Source: Octopus sinensis (taxonomy: Eukaryota). From it: a stretch of 64,000 nt of DNA. Positions 1 through 12,899 of the stretch are shown piece after piece; the stretch's first letter is position 1, and each line of letters begins with the position of its first letter. Below the pieces are notes generated by a model that was not told the origin of the DNA, made no database searches, and saw only the letters and a program-made list of their open reading frames with translations. The stretch is from contig NC_042998.1 in the NCBI RefSeq assembly GCF_006345805.1, positions 64,480,001 through 64,544,000 on the forward strand. Direction: 5' to 3'. Position numbers and translations under genes: made by a program.

Positions 1-486
1 TATAATGATATGAACGCTTATATTTTACAATAAATAACGCGAGTACGCATACGCACATATCTCCTGCAAATCTGAAATTATAATCAATTCAATCCCTAAC
101 ATATCGTAATGTGATTGCATTTCATTGACTTCATAATGCATGGGCGGATTTTTCAACCGATTCCAACGATTTTTATATAAAAATAACGGGGTGTTTTTGC
201 TCTTTCTGCTGTTAAATAAAACTATAGAAAGCAAAAAATGTGCACACAATTTATTATAACTGAACCTTAGCAAAGAGTATGTTTTGTATTTCATTGCAAA
301 ATCACTTCGATTCAGTTTTTCAATCTTAAAATCATTAATGTATAGAATTATATTTATCTCATCCATACAAAAAATTTACCGAAGATTCTATAGGATTTAA
401 CATTTAATCAATAACATTCATATCTCTATATACGCCTTACTGAATACTATAAGTTTGAGCTTCAACAACTTAGAGTATATATATAT

Positions 487-1520
487 ACTGTCTTCGGACC
501 ACTGCTTTTTATAGTGGCCCTCTCAGATATGCCCTCAAAAGCCCGGATAGCCACTCTGGCCAGCTATGCAGACGATACGAAAGTCTCGCAGAAAATACAG
601 AACCCCAGCGATGTTGCACACCTGCAGCAGGAGTTGAATTCAATCTACAGATGGGCTGAGGATAATAATATGCAGTTTAATGCTGAAAAATTCCAGGCGC
701 TGCGCTACCAGCATCCAAAACCGAATATTAAACTTACAGGATACATCGGTCCACAGGGAATTTCAATCCCAGAGCCTAAGTCTGTGAGGGACCTGGGTAT
801 CGACATGAGTGATGTTACCTCTTTCCAAGTGCTCATTACCAGGATGGCGACAAAGTGCATACGACTGGCTGGGTAGATCCTAAGAACATTCAGAACAAGA
901 GATGAGGAAACCATGATGGTCCTCTGGCGGACATTCGTCCTCAGTCGCCTGGATTACTGCTCACAGCTATGGTCACCCACCAGTGTAAAATTAGCAGCGG
1001 ACCTTGAAGCAATCCAGAGAAGATTCACAAAGAAGATTGTCTCTTTGCAACAGCTCAGCTACTGGGAAAGGTTGAAACAGCTAAGACTCTACTCCCTGGA
1101 AAGAAGACGGGAGAGGTATGCAGTAATATATGTCTGGAAGATCCTGGAAGAATTTGTGCCTAATTTTGGCATTGTAAGCTACACCAATGCTAGAACGGGA
1201 CGACACTGCATAGTGCCAAAGATCCCAGCAATGCCATCACTCTTCAGGACCAACTTCTGCAACAGCCTGGGTTTCAAGGGCCCACAGCTTTTTAATATTC
1301 TCCCAAAGAGTCTGAGGAACTTGCAAATCAAAGCTGGACATCTTCCTGTCAAGAGTCCTAGATGAACCTACCTCACGGCAAGAGGTGCAAATGAGAGTAG
1401 CTGTATCAAACTCCATTCTTCACCAAGTGCCACATATTGGACGAGGTTCGTCGTTATAAAAGTGTAGCACAAAACGGCGGTGCATCATCATGGCCGCAGC
1501 TCTGTGCTGAAACTAGAAAA
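487..1520 (+). mobile_element. 5'-truncated CR1-group LINE (RT C-terminal half plus 3' tail), decayed
   Basis: Begins at TVFGPLLF and contains YADD and SLERRRERYAVIYVWKILE. In-frame stop at 874-876 and a frameshift near 1320. Homologous to the RT/3' part of 12900-16147. Ends ggcggtgc..catggccgcag..ctgaaacta, followed by (TA)n. Confidence 0.9.
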
Positions 1521-1626
1521 AAATATATATATATTACATATATATATGTATATATATATGTATATATATATACATAAATATATTCATATATATACATATA
1601 TATATATATATATTATATATATATTA

Positions 1627-1664
<38 letters not shown>

Positions 1665-1911
1665 TATATATATGTATATATATGTAGGTATGTGTATTAT
1701 ATATATTATATATATAAATATATTATATATATTATATATATATATATATAATATATATAATATATATATATATATTATATATATATGTATGTATATATAT
1801 AATATATATGTATGTATATATATATGTATATATATGTATATATATATATATATATAAATATATTATATATATATATATATACATATATATATTCATATAT
1901 ATACATATATG

Positions 1912-1950
<39 letters not shown>
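1521..1950. repeat. Degenerate (TA)n microsatellite tract
   Basis: Direct inspection. One of dozens of TA, CA, GA and GATA tracts in the window. Confidence 0.95.
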
Positions 1951-1951
<1 letters not shown>

Positions 1952-2811
1952 ATGTAATAAATAAAAATATATGCATACATACAAACATATATGTACGTAC
2001 CTACATCTACATGTATATAGTCATGCATATATAAATAAATATACGTAAGTACAGGACACCACAACAAGAAAAGAAGTACAGGACATGCTACACAAGAAAA
2101 AATCCACCGTCGTCAGCTGTCGCTAGTTAACTCAGGCGTGTTTGTTTTCTACATAAACGGCGTTATTGAAACGACGGTTTTTTGAAATGACTTAAAAGTT
2201 TGGAATGTGTTTGGAAGGTCAAATCGAAAACAGGAGTAGAGGAAAAAGGAAAAAAAATGAAAAAAAGAAAAACGGGGAGAGATAATAAAGAAATGAAGAG
2301 AGGGCAAAGTGTACTGGTTAGTGGTCAATAAGGCGGTGAGGGTGATAGAGAGAGAAATATATGAGTCTGTAGACTTGAGAGGGTAAAGTGTAAAGGAATG
2401 TGAGGTATGTAGTGATAGAGCCTAATTGAGGGCAGATGGAGGGTGTAGGGTTAGTAAAATGGTGGAATCAAGAATTTGGGAATATAGGTTAGGTTTCTTA
2501 GAGGACAGGTCAGTGCTTAGAAGTAGAAGAATATATATAAATGTGAATATGTATACACATGCATATATTAAACATGTATATAGAAATTTATACACATCAA
2601 CACCTACATGTACAATACGTATTCATACGTATATGTATATACGTACATACCTATATACGTGTGTCTGTGTGTTTTATCACCCCTACACATGCAGGTATAT
2701 TTACCTTGCATACATACACACACACAGAGGTACATATGTACATACGCATATACATGCAAATAAAATAAAATTATTGTGATATTGAAGTATAAAAGAGGAA
2801 TTAGGGATTAG

Positions 2812-2927
2812 GAGTTATCCTCAGTCGCGTAATCAAGGAACCTGGAGATTAACTATAGTCTGTCCATAGTACTTACTGAACATTACCTGACAGCTTTGGA
2901 TCTTCTTGACTCCATTACTTCTCATAA

Positions 2928-2930
<3 letters not shown>
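2812..2930 (+). mobile_element. Tail segment of the HHR-bearing PLE-derived family
   Basis: aacctggagattaactatagtctgtccatagtacttact aligns with 46555-46595 and, more loosely, with 28843-28882. Confidence 0.6.
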
Positions 2931-2972
<42 letters not shown>

Positions 2973-2984
2973 ATATAATTAAAA

Positions 2985-3041
2985 CTTAGATGTGTTTCGA
3001 CCAAAGATTGGTCCAGGCCAAGTCTAACTTAATAGCACCAC
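2985..3041 (-). mobile_element. Extreme 3' end of the CR1-group LINE family at 27952-28410
   Basis: Reverse complement of tcaggtggtgctattaagttagacatggcctggaccaatctctggtcgaaacatatctaag (28335-28395) with few differences. Confidence 0.8.
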
Positions 3042-3062
3042 CTGATTGATAGCATCACCTAT

Positions 3063-3131
<69 letters not shown>

Positions 3132-5984
3132 CTATGTATATCTCTCTCGGCTATTTCATTTGATATATATATATATGTGTGTGTATGTTTGTGTGTGTGT
3201 GTGTGTGTGTGTGAGTGTGCGTATGTGTGTGTGTATATATATATATATACCCTTAATTATTAATTAGTATTTTATGCACTTGTAGGTTTTTTACGCATGC
3301 TTAACCATAAATAATAATATCCTCATATAAATTTAAATATACATACATACCACCTCATCAAATTTATATCATTCCCATTTGCTTCTATAGTTGTTTCCAT
3401 TTTTATTGTTGTTTTGTTGTTTCATTTCTTTCATCCGGAAGATTGTAACTATCCTGGAGCAAAAAATCTATGCTTGAACAGCCCTAAAGTTTTGGTGAGA
3501 AAAGAATATTGATGAGAGAGGGTAACTCTATATCCCCGTTAAATTTTCGATATTCCGATTCTGATTATTGTTTTATTTTTCTTCTTACTTTGCAAAGTAT
3601 CATCTTCATAAATACGTGTCATTTTTACCTTGTTTTTGTTAGATGTATTTTCCTCTGTCTACTTTGCTCGTTCTATGATGACGCATTGACAACAGCGTCA
3701 AGCGTATATAATTCATGTTATGTCCAGAAGTATATAATACGTTTATTCAATTTCTTCATATTTCTTTCGGAAGGTCCTCTGTTATCAAAAATGTGCTAAG
3801 GTAGCAGATATAAAGAAGCTGCATGATATATGAAGAACAATAATTTAAAGAAAAAAATGATTTAATAAATCAACGCCATTGGAATATTTACATTTAATAT
3901 ATTTTGGATTAAATTTAAACTGATAGGAAAACAAAACTTTAATTGAAGTAAAAAGAGAAAATATAATAAAAGATTAGATTCATGCCAGGCATTTAGTTTT
4001 GTTATCATGTTTTACACTTTTATCGCTTAAATTTCAGAATTGAAACCTTATTAATATGTGATGATTATTTTCAATTTTCTCTATTTTATTACCGAGGTAA
4101 CCTACACTTATTCTCTTACAGCTACAGTAAAATTAAAATCTAAATATAAGGAAACGCAATACGGATATCGACATTTTGATGAGATATGTAAAACAATATT
4201 TAAATTACTTTTAGAATATTAAATTTCTTTTGTGATAACAAGACATACGCGCTAGTAGAACACATGCGAATATATACACATTATTGTATACGTATATATA
4301 TATGTACAAATATATGTCCATAAAAATACATCTCATATATGCTTACATACATTCATGCATACATACGTTCATCCATCCATCCATCCATGCATGCATACAT
4401 ACATGCATACATACATACGTGCATACATACACACATGCATACTTATATAACAATAATTTCGAAATTCGTAGGTTGTATTAATTCAACACAACATATGTTG
4501 CTGCACCCCATACGTTCATTAGGTAAGTCTTTTTCTATAACCATTAGATATTAAGAACTGTCTTGATATTTGTGAATTTGAAATGTTCTCAACTCCCTTA
4601 CAACGTTTCAACGTAGGTTCTTCCTCAAGTATTGTACATTTGTGTCTGTCAGTCAGATCTACCGGCTTTAAGGACATTTATTACTTTATACTAATTAAAT
4701 TCTTCTATATTCAGTTGTTGGACCTTTCTTGCGACATGTCACCGATAAACAAACAAACAAACCACCTAAAAATGATATTCTCTATCCATTTCCTATAACA
4801 TTTTGATTTGAAATAATAGGATTGATCCTTTGCATTGTTATTGTTTTGTCCATGTGTATTCCCGCATGGAACACACGCACCAGTTGATGGGAAGGCATAA
4901 CATTGTTGGTAGTATCTTTTGGTTCCTTTGTTTGTATGTGACTAGTCGCATGAAACGCCCGTCAATCGAATCGAGGAACTTAATAACTGTGAAATAATAA
5001 ATGTCCGCAAAACTCTTTGAAGTTTATAGAAAATTTGATCCTCTTATCTCAGTTTCTCCATTTTCGTTTTCCCTTACACTAAGAGGTTTCCTGGGACTTG
5101 TTTGGGACTTTCTAAGAAAAATAAAATACATTTAACAAAGTCAAGAAAAGCCTAGAAAAGTTTAATAATTCAAATCCAAAGAGAATGAAGGATAATCTAG
5201 AACGAAGCAACCACAAGTTATACAAGATTCACAGAAAACGAGCATATAAAATATAAACCGATGATCAGCAGCCTTATCTGTATCATATGAATACTTACAC
5301 ATCAGTTTGCCTAGTCTTCTATATAAGAATCTTGCGCTGCAAGATATTTAAGAAATGTTTGCATAGAATTTTTGTGATGGCGTGCTAGTTGAAATTCGAC
5401 GCTTTCTTTCGTACATTTCCATTACTCTAGAGCATGTAAACATCACTTGACAAAAGGTGTAAACATATTCGTCCCTCAATGAGTCTCTGTTCTGCTTCAT
5501 AATTTTCTGCGTATAAGTACAATATTTCCTTTTTTGTGTTATGCATATTTGTAAGTGTGTTTATATGTATGTGTATCGTCTGTTGGTAACGTGGACGTGT
5601 GTCCTATTGTGTGTTCATACTCGTCAGTTGTATTCATCAGACTTTATCTTACACATACACACACGCACTCATTATCTCTGTGTGTGTGAATATACTTATT
5701 ATATACAAGTATGTGTGAGTGGTTGATTGTGTGCATATATATATGTATTTATGCGCCTGTTTACATATACGTATATGTGCGTGTGTGTGCATCTGTGTGT
5801 GTGTCTCTGAGAGAGAGAGAGAGAGAGAGAGAGAAAGAAAGAGAGCAACAGGGGAGAGAGAAGTATTTTATTGATAGAATCTTGCCACTAGAAATTAATA
5901 TTAAATAGAATCCCGTAAAAAGCATTTCACATTTCTAAACTATAATCAAATATAAATGCATTTGTTTTATTTAGTATTTGTAAA

Positions 5985-6400
5985 CGCAAGAGTGGCTGTG
6001 GTGTAAGTAGCTTGCTTGCCAACCACATGATCCGGGTTCAGTCCCAATGCGTGGCACCTTGGGAAAATGTCTTCTACTACAGCCTCGAGCCAACCAAAGG
6101 CTTGTGAGTGTGTTTGGTAGACGGAAACTGAAAGAAGCCCGTCGTATATATGTATATGTGTATTTATATATATATGAGTGTGTGTGTGTGTGTGTGTGTT
6201 TGTGTCTGTGTTTGTCCTTCCAACATCGCTTGACAACAAATGTTGGTGGGTTTACGTTCCCGTAACTTAACGGCTCGGCAAAAGGGTCCGATAGAATAAG
6301 TACTAGGCTTACAAAGGATGAGTCCTGGGATGGATTTTCTCGACTAAAGACGATGTTCAAGCATGTCCGCAGTCAAATGATTGAAACAATAAAAGAGTGT
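5985..6400 (+). mobile_element. Full-length tRNA-derived SINE with CORE-like segment, internal TA/TG microsatellite and LINE-like 3' tail
   Basis: A-box-like gtggctgtggtgtaag, B-box-like gggttcagtccc, CORE-like ggcaccttgggaaaatgtc, and tail gcatgtccgcagtcaaatgattgaaacaataaaag. Many related copies occur in the window. Confidence 0.85.
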
Positions 6401-6634
6401 AAGAGTAAACAAAATCAACAGAGAATGTTAAACAAGATATAGTTAATGAGACCTCCGGCTCCTTTAATTTTGATAGATTTTTAGAATTACATATATGTAG
6501 AATTGTGTATTGTCATAAACAAGATGGATTAACATTGAATATACTAAAGAATATGTGGAATCAAAATATTCATGAGATAGTACATACCATTCATTTCATG
6601 GAATCTTGAAATTAGGAGTGCTTATTTTTACAAA

Positions 6635-7602
6635 TACGCTGGTCGTCTGAGAAATTTCTTGGCTGCCAAATGGAATGTGAGAAAATGAGGGTTTTTTTTT
6701 TCTCTACATAGTCTTCCTTGCGGTTTACTCTTCGATCGGTGTTCTCTTTCTCTTGGTAAAGAATGTCATCAATAGAAGATATGTCGTCATCATCCCTGCG
6801 ATACCCTTTCTCAACCAAGTGCTTTTTCTCATTTTATGCGAACAAATCCGAGCAAAAGGATAAATAGTCAACCAGTTCGAAACCACATTCAACCTCAGCA
6901 GCCATTAAAACCGATCTCATTTGGAGTATTTTCCCGATGAAACAGGACCTCTTTCGTCAATTTTCCGGATAGTTTCCTCTTGATACCCTTTTGTACCTCC
7001 CTTAGCATTTTAGCATATTACACTCTATTGATGGTGTGACCTTTGAAACTTGTCAATAAAGGAACAATATCATTTACACCCAAAAAGACTGAGACCATCA
7101 CCTTCCCGGCAGTTGGAAAGACCTTCGCCTTGTTGGAGCAGGTAAGGAATGGTGTTTCGCTTACATGAATTGTCTCTATGCTAGGGGCCAGTAATGACAA
7201 CAATACTCATCCTTAAGAAACTTTCAACGAAGCAAGCTAGATCTCCCACAATGTCAGGTTTTCACGTGACGAAATCAACCTGGTGCGCTTTTGATCAGGT
7301 TTAGATAGCATAGCACTTATCTTGCAGAAACCTCTGTCATACCAAATTCATTGTGCAGAATATTCTCAATTCTTTAATTCTTTAAGTGAAGAGAAACAAT
7401 TAAGTTTCTAATAAGATGGGTTAAAATTAATACATGGTGAAACGTACCAGCATGTTTGAACATTCTTACGAAATATAAGGACAAGCAAATTAGTAATTTG
7501 GATTTGAAGGCAAAATCTTATGAAAGCTTTCTGAAAGTACGGAGCTACCGCTGCTCATTCATACTTCAAAATCTATAACTTCTGGTGACTCACATATACG
7601 TA
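6635..7602 (-). mobile_element. Decayed mariner transposon
   Basis: Minus-strand fragments KAKVFPTAGKVMVSVF, GHTIN, VLFH, ECGFELVD and DYVEK match the mariner transposase order. Many stops and frameshifts. Confidence 0.8.
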
Positions 7603-8673
7603 AATTAACCTACCATTAGAGCAGCACCTAAATGATTCTTTGTCACACTTTCTCACACCACACTTCTCACAATTTTTCAACTTGCAACCCATGAATACAA
7701 TTTATCATATTTGTAATCATTATTATGATCATAAACGTCATACTCAGCCATTATATTCAGCCATCTTTTTTCTTTATATTCTATCTGTAATACTTGTATT
7801 TTTTTCTTTTCTTTATTTTATTTTATGTTTACCTGTGCTTTTCACCTTCATGTGCTCCATTTATTCCATCATATTTTTTGCAATTTTATTTCGTTATCCT
7901 TTATAGCTTCTTGTTTTCATTTTTATGATTTTTCTTCTTTTTCGACAAATTCCATTTCTCTATATCATTTTCTGGTTCTCTTGTCTTTCACTCATATTGC
8001 TTCATATTTTGCAACCTTATTTCTGCCAATGTTTTTTTATTTGCACTGTTACGTTTTGAATTTTCATTATTATCATTACATTTTTTTTCTTTACTTGTGA
8101 TGTTTCTTTTCCATCTACATTTCTCTGATACTCACGAGAGTTTATATGAAAGAAAGCAAAGTAGTTTAATTATAACAGACATTTCTTTTCTGTAGCCGTT
8201 CGGCTGAATCGTCATTTTTACGAATAACCTGAATTAAAGCATGGTACAATTCACTAATAGCAGCCATTTCAATATTACTACCGAATGTTCCATTCTAACG
8301 CATGTATGTTATTCCTGCTCTAAACTGTTAGATTAAGAGAAGGAAAATGCATTCAATTATTGCATAAATGCTGTGTGGCTCCACGATGTGATGGAAATTT
8401 CTGCTGTTATTGAGCAGGAATGACAGTTTAAGCAATTACCATTGCCTGCATCTTGTACCAATTTCTTAATTAGAAACTTGTCTTCTTAGCTTCGTGATAG
8501 AGGATTGGCTAAAAGTGATGATTCTCAATGAATAGAATCAAGTTTTTCACATTTGTCGCTGAATTTAGACGTCGTCACCTTCTGTTGTATTGATGTGCTT
8601 TTAGAGTCAGATTTTGACTGCTATTTCAAGCCTGGTGATATTTCATATGTACATATTGTATATTGTAAATCTG

Positions 8674-8906
8674 CAATAATCTCTCGCAGTATCGCAGTTC
8701 ACCTATCGCGTTTATTAATTAAACTTTTTGTCGATTCCACTGTGGTATTGTTTCACATTTATAAAACAATAAATATACACAAATTATGAATATTATAAAA
8801 AGAAAATATATAGTACAGTAACGATTCTACTTCGCGAATTTTGACCTGTCACGTAGGGTTTGGGAACGTAACGCCCACAACAGTCGAGGAATACGAAGGA
8901 TTACAG
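8674..8906. mobile_element. Tigger/pogo-like MITE, decayed
   Basis: Imperfect TIRs caataatctctcgc and cgaaggattacag. Same family as 11349-11540. Confidence 0.55.
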
Positions 8907-8999
8907 TATAGTCTAAATTATGCAAGAATGAAAATAACACTGGCATCTCATTTTTTTGCCAAAATTACATAAATTAACCTGAAATACTAAAGAATAAAT

Positions 9000-9480
9000 T
9001 CATTCAATAAAAATTGTCATTGGCTTCAACTACAGCCTCCAGATGACTTCGGAACCTCCACCAACTCTTCCTTGTTTAAGTTGGTGAATGCTGTCATATC
9101 CTTGCCTTCAGTTTATTTTTAGTGTTACAGGGAGTTTTCTTGGTCTTTCCCTCAACTGCGCCCCACAGATAATAATCAAGGGGGTTGCAGTTTGGGCACT
9201 GAGGTGGCCAGATGTGGTCACAGAAATTGTCTGACGACTATGACTGTGTTATCCAGTTTGTTTGACATGTCTGACATGGGTGCAGAGTCTTGTTGCCAGA
9301 CATAGGATCTTTGAGCAGCCATCCACTTCCCGCAGGCAACACTAACTTCTCCAGGCACTTAATGTAGGCTTCTGTGTTGAGTGTGAGCCAGTGTGAGAAG
9401 ATGAATGGAAGCATAAAATCACTATCACTAGTGATCACTCCAAACAACATCATCCTGAGTGGATGTTTTATTTTTATAAC
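9000..9480 (-). mobile_element. Tc1/mariner-superfamily (maT/DD37D-like) transposase remnant
   Basis: Minus strand reads MMLFGVITSDSDFMLPFIFSHWLTLNTEAYIKCLE, then WQQDSAP, PNCNPLDY and RFRSHLEAVVEAN across frameshifts. Confidence 0.8.
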
Positions 9481-11121
9481 TCTCAGTACATACATATATA
9501 CGCGCATGTGTGGGTGTATGCATATGTTTGTGGTAGTGGTGATGTCTGTGTCATGGGGTGAAGAAAGTATCTATCAGAATGACTTTTGTTCTAAAGCTAC
9601 AAGCACTCTACGCACCATTTCCTTTGAAGAACCCTCCACGTCAGACATTTACTACATTTCAATTTTATGAATTGTATATTCATATGTATACATATAAACT
9701 CGTTTTAGGGTTTAGTTCAGTTCGACATCTCTGCGTTGTATGCTAAATATACTTCATCCGTTCGTTGATTCTGTCTATCCAAGTAAAGTTTTCTCGCATA
9801 CATATTCTCGTAGCAGTTACAAACGCAAATATTGTATGATTAATTGCTTACAATATTATTTCATCGTTAATATTTTTTCCAACTGATGTACAAATAATAA
9901 CCTTAATATAGGCGGCAAGCGTATAAATATGTATTTAGACAAGATGATTTCCTTTAATTGTCTTCATCGATTAATATAAATTAGGATTTTCTTCCAATAG
10001 GGTTTCAAACTTTTTTTTCTTTTAATCCGTGACATTCTACAATCTGTATGCCAAAAAACGTCGGAAGCTCCACAGATGTTGATATTTTTGTATAAAAGTG
10101 TTGCATATGTTTGCTGTATGCTCACGTGACTACAGGGGAAAATGACCACATTTTATATTTAAAAGCGTGGCATATATGATATACTCACTGTTTATTTACT
10201 TATGAAAATATCACGTTACTACTGGGAATAACAAAAGTTTCTATTGATATTGTACAAACATCTGCAAGATAAACATGTACATTGGTGAATAACATCGCTC
10301 TGTTACCACTATTTGTATTGTAGTGTCATATTGATTAAAATAATTCATAAGATTTAACAATCTGAATCTGAAAACCAATTAAGAGACTAGCCATAAATAC
10401 ACAATGGGCATATTTAATATGGCATTAATCATTGTTTAATTAAAATATTGGGACATGAAATTTTACAACGGAGAGTTAATGGTTTAATGTTTGAGAATAT
10501 TATGGCTTGATGTAATGCTAATACAATCAATCCACATGAATTAAAGATGAATTTATTATACTGACAAGCTACATTTACGAGTAACCATTCATAAAATTAC
10601 TGAGCATGGTAATTTTTCCCTTGTATACACAATTTCCTTACTCTCTTCCGCTATACCTCTACCATATTCTTGCAATCAATTCACTTTTCTCTCGAAGTAT
10701 ACTGTCATGCAAACAAAGTTATCTGAATCGTAAAATTTAGTGCGTAGGATTCAATGTAGAAACACGTAATATAAATACCAATGATGGCCTTGATCATGCT
10801 GACCCATAAGAATAAACAGACAAGCATAATCCCTCTATATTCACAGACACACCCACACACACAGCATATCTGTCAATACTTTTCCCTTTCGTTTTGTCTT
10901 TTATCTTGTTTTGCTTCCTCATTACTGTCTCTCTCTCTCTCTTTCCCCATTTATCTGCCACTATACACACACAGACACAGACACGCACACGCACAGGGAC
11001 ACATAGACACACATCCACACATGTTCAAAGGGTTGAACAGAAAGTCTATTGCAGAGAGAAAGGTTACACGAAAACATGGCAAACGGAAAATTAGACGAAA
11101 GCATAACAAAAGGAAAATTAG

Positions 11122-11158
<37 letters not shown>

Positions 11159-11165
11159 TACAGAA

Positions 11166-11199
<34 letters not shown>

Positions 11200-11348
11200 A
11201 CAAACACACACACACACACGCACTGGATTCTCCTGCCGTTAGACTACGTATGAGTGTACTGCAATTTCTTGTTGAATAATTTGTTTATAAGCAGACGAGA
11301 ATAATCTGACTCTGTACACAAATGCAAACAACATATCTATTGATAATA

Positions 11349-11540
11349 CAGTAATCCCACGCCATATCGCATTTCCCATTTTGAGATTTATTAATGAAAC
11401 TTATTTCGATTCCTCCGTGGCGTTGTTTTGTATTTATGATAAAATAAATAAATACAAATTACAGAAATAATTTTACAAAAATATATATAATACTGTTTCT
11501 ACTTTGCGAATGTAAAACCGTGATAGTAGAGGGTTGAATG
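11349..11540. mobile_element. Tigger/pogo-like MITE
   Basis: TA-flanked imperfect TIRs cagtaatcccacgccatatcgc and gtgatagtagagggttgaatg. Confidence 0.6.
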
Positions 11541-12371
11541 TACTATATATTTATATATATATGGCTGAATGGATAACATGTTCGCTTTCCCAAAACGTGG
11601 TTTCGGCCTCAGGCCCAAGCACAGCACCTTCTTGTTGATTTAGCGATCAATATGCTTCTTGTCAGTTATCTAAAAGAATTTCTAATCATTACTCTATATT
11701 TAGGAAGAGGAATACACGTAACAGTAAAGGGCTTAGTGAATTAATTTGGTATCTAAAAGACCATAATAAACAATTTAATTTAGATTGGTTCTTTCTCTCC
11801 ATTTCTTTCCCTTATGATAAAGGCAAGGAATTTTGTCTTCTCTGTAGATGTGAACTATTTTTATTCATTTTTTCTATACATCCCCTTATAAACATGGGTA
11901 TAGTGCGTTCTTATCGATGTAAAAATCGGCAGAAACGCATCTTTAGTTTCATATAAGTTATATCTATCATTATATATCATTTAAACATTGATTTTCTTCT
12001 TACAGCTTACTTCCACTAGATATGTCTTTTCTCCAGATATTAAGGTTTGATTTAATTCACATATCGTTTAATATTTCTCATTCATTTGGTTTCTCATTTT
12101 TTCCTTCCTTTACCCCTCCTCATTCTATAGGCTACCGTTGACGTTGTATCCTCTAACGTTTTTTTATTAAACTTAATAGCGTTCAGTTCATCACTATACA
12201 TATCCATCAGATTCTATTAAAATGTCTTATTCACTAGTTTTATTTCTTCATTTCCATGGAGAGTAGTTTACATTGTAAAACTCCATTTTATTCCTTTGGA
12301 ATAATACCAATGATACCTTCGAAACATGTCTTTGAAATAAAAGAATTTGAATAACACATGCGTTTAACTCC

Positions 12372-12462
<91 letters not shown>

Positions 12463-12493
12463 TATATATATATTATATAATATATATATATAT

Positions 12494-12549
<56 letters not shown>

Positions 12550-12566
12550 ATTATATAAATATTATG

Positions 12567-12598
<32 letters not shown>

Positions 12599-12899
12599 CG
12601 TTATACAAAATATTTCACATAAACCCGGAGTTTCTACCATTAAAACAAGTTGTCATGTCTTTATTACGTGTGTGATGTTTTGCTACCCTGCTAATTATTT
12701 ATCTATTTTTCCGCGTTGATTTTAAACAAGGAAAAGATGCACACATCTCTGTGTGTCTGTCTGTCTCTCTCTCTTTCTCTCTCTCTCTATATATATATAT
12801 GTAATATAAGGAGTATATCTAAACTTATCTCTAACATAAAGATAAAGAAAAAGAAAAATATAAAAGAAGGAAAAATAGTGCACTGATCTCTGAAAGACG

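Noticed and set aside
25-366. 113-aa minus-strand ORF
   Set aside because: AT-rich with no motif; an expected chance ORF.
1480-1857. ORFs rich in YI, CV or HT dipeptides here and throughout the track
   Set aside because: They are translations of (TA)n, (TG)n and (CA)n microsatellites, which lack stop codons.
4930-4968. Hairpin followed by GAAAC-gccc-GTC
   Set aside because: The 5' core is not recognisable.
5600-5645. Minus-strand CTGATGA-atac..gtat-GAA hammerhead-like string
   Set aside because: No A15.1-U16.1 stem III, cleavage triplet or stem I partner.
5990-6060. tRNA-like A and B boxes
   Set aside because: SINE head. There is no full cloverleaf and it continues into the SINE body.
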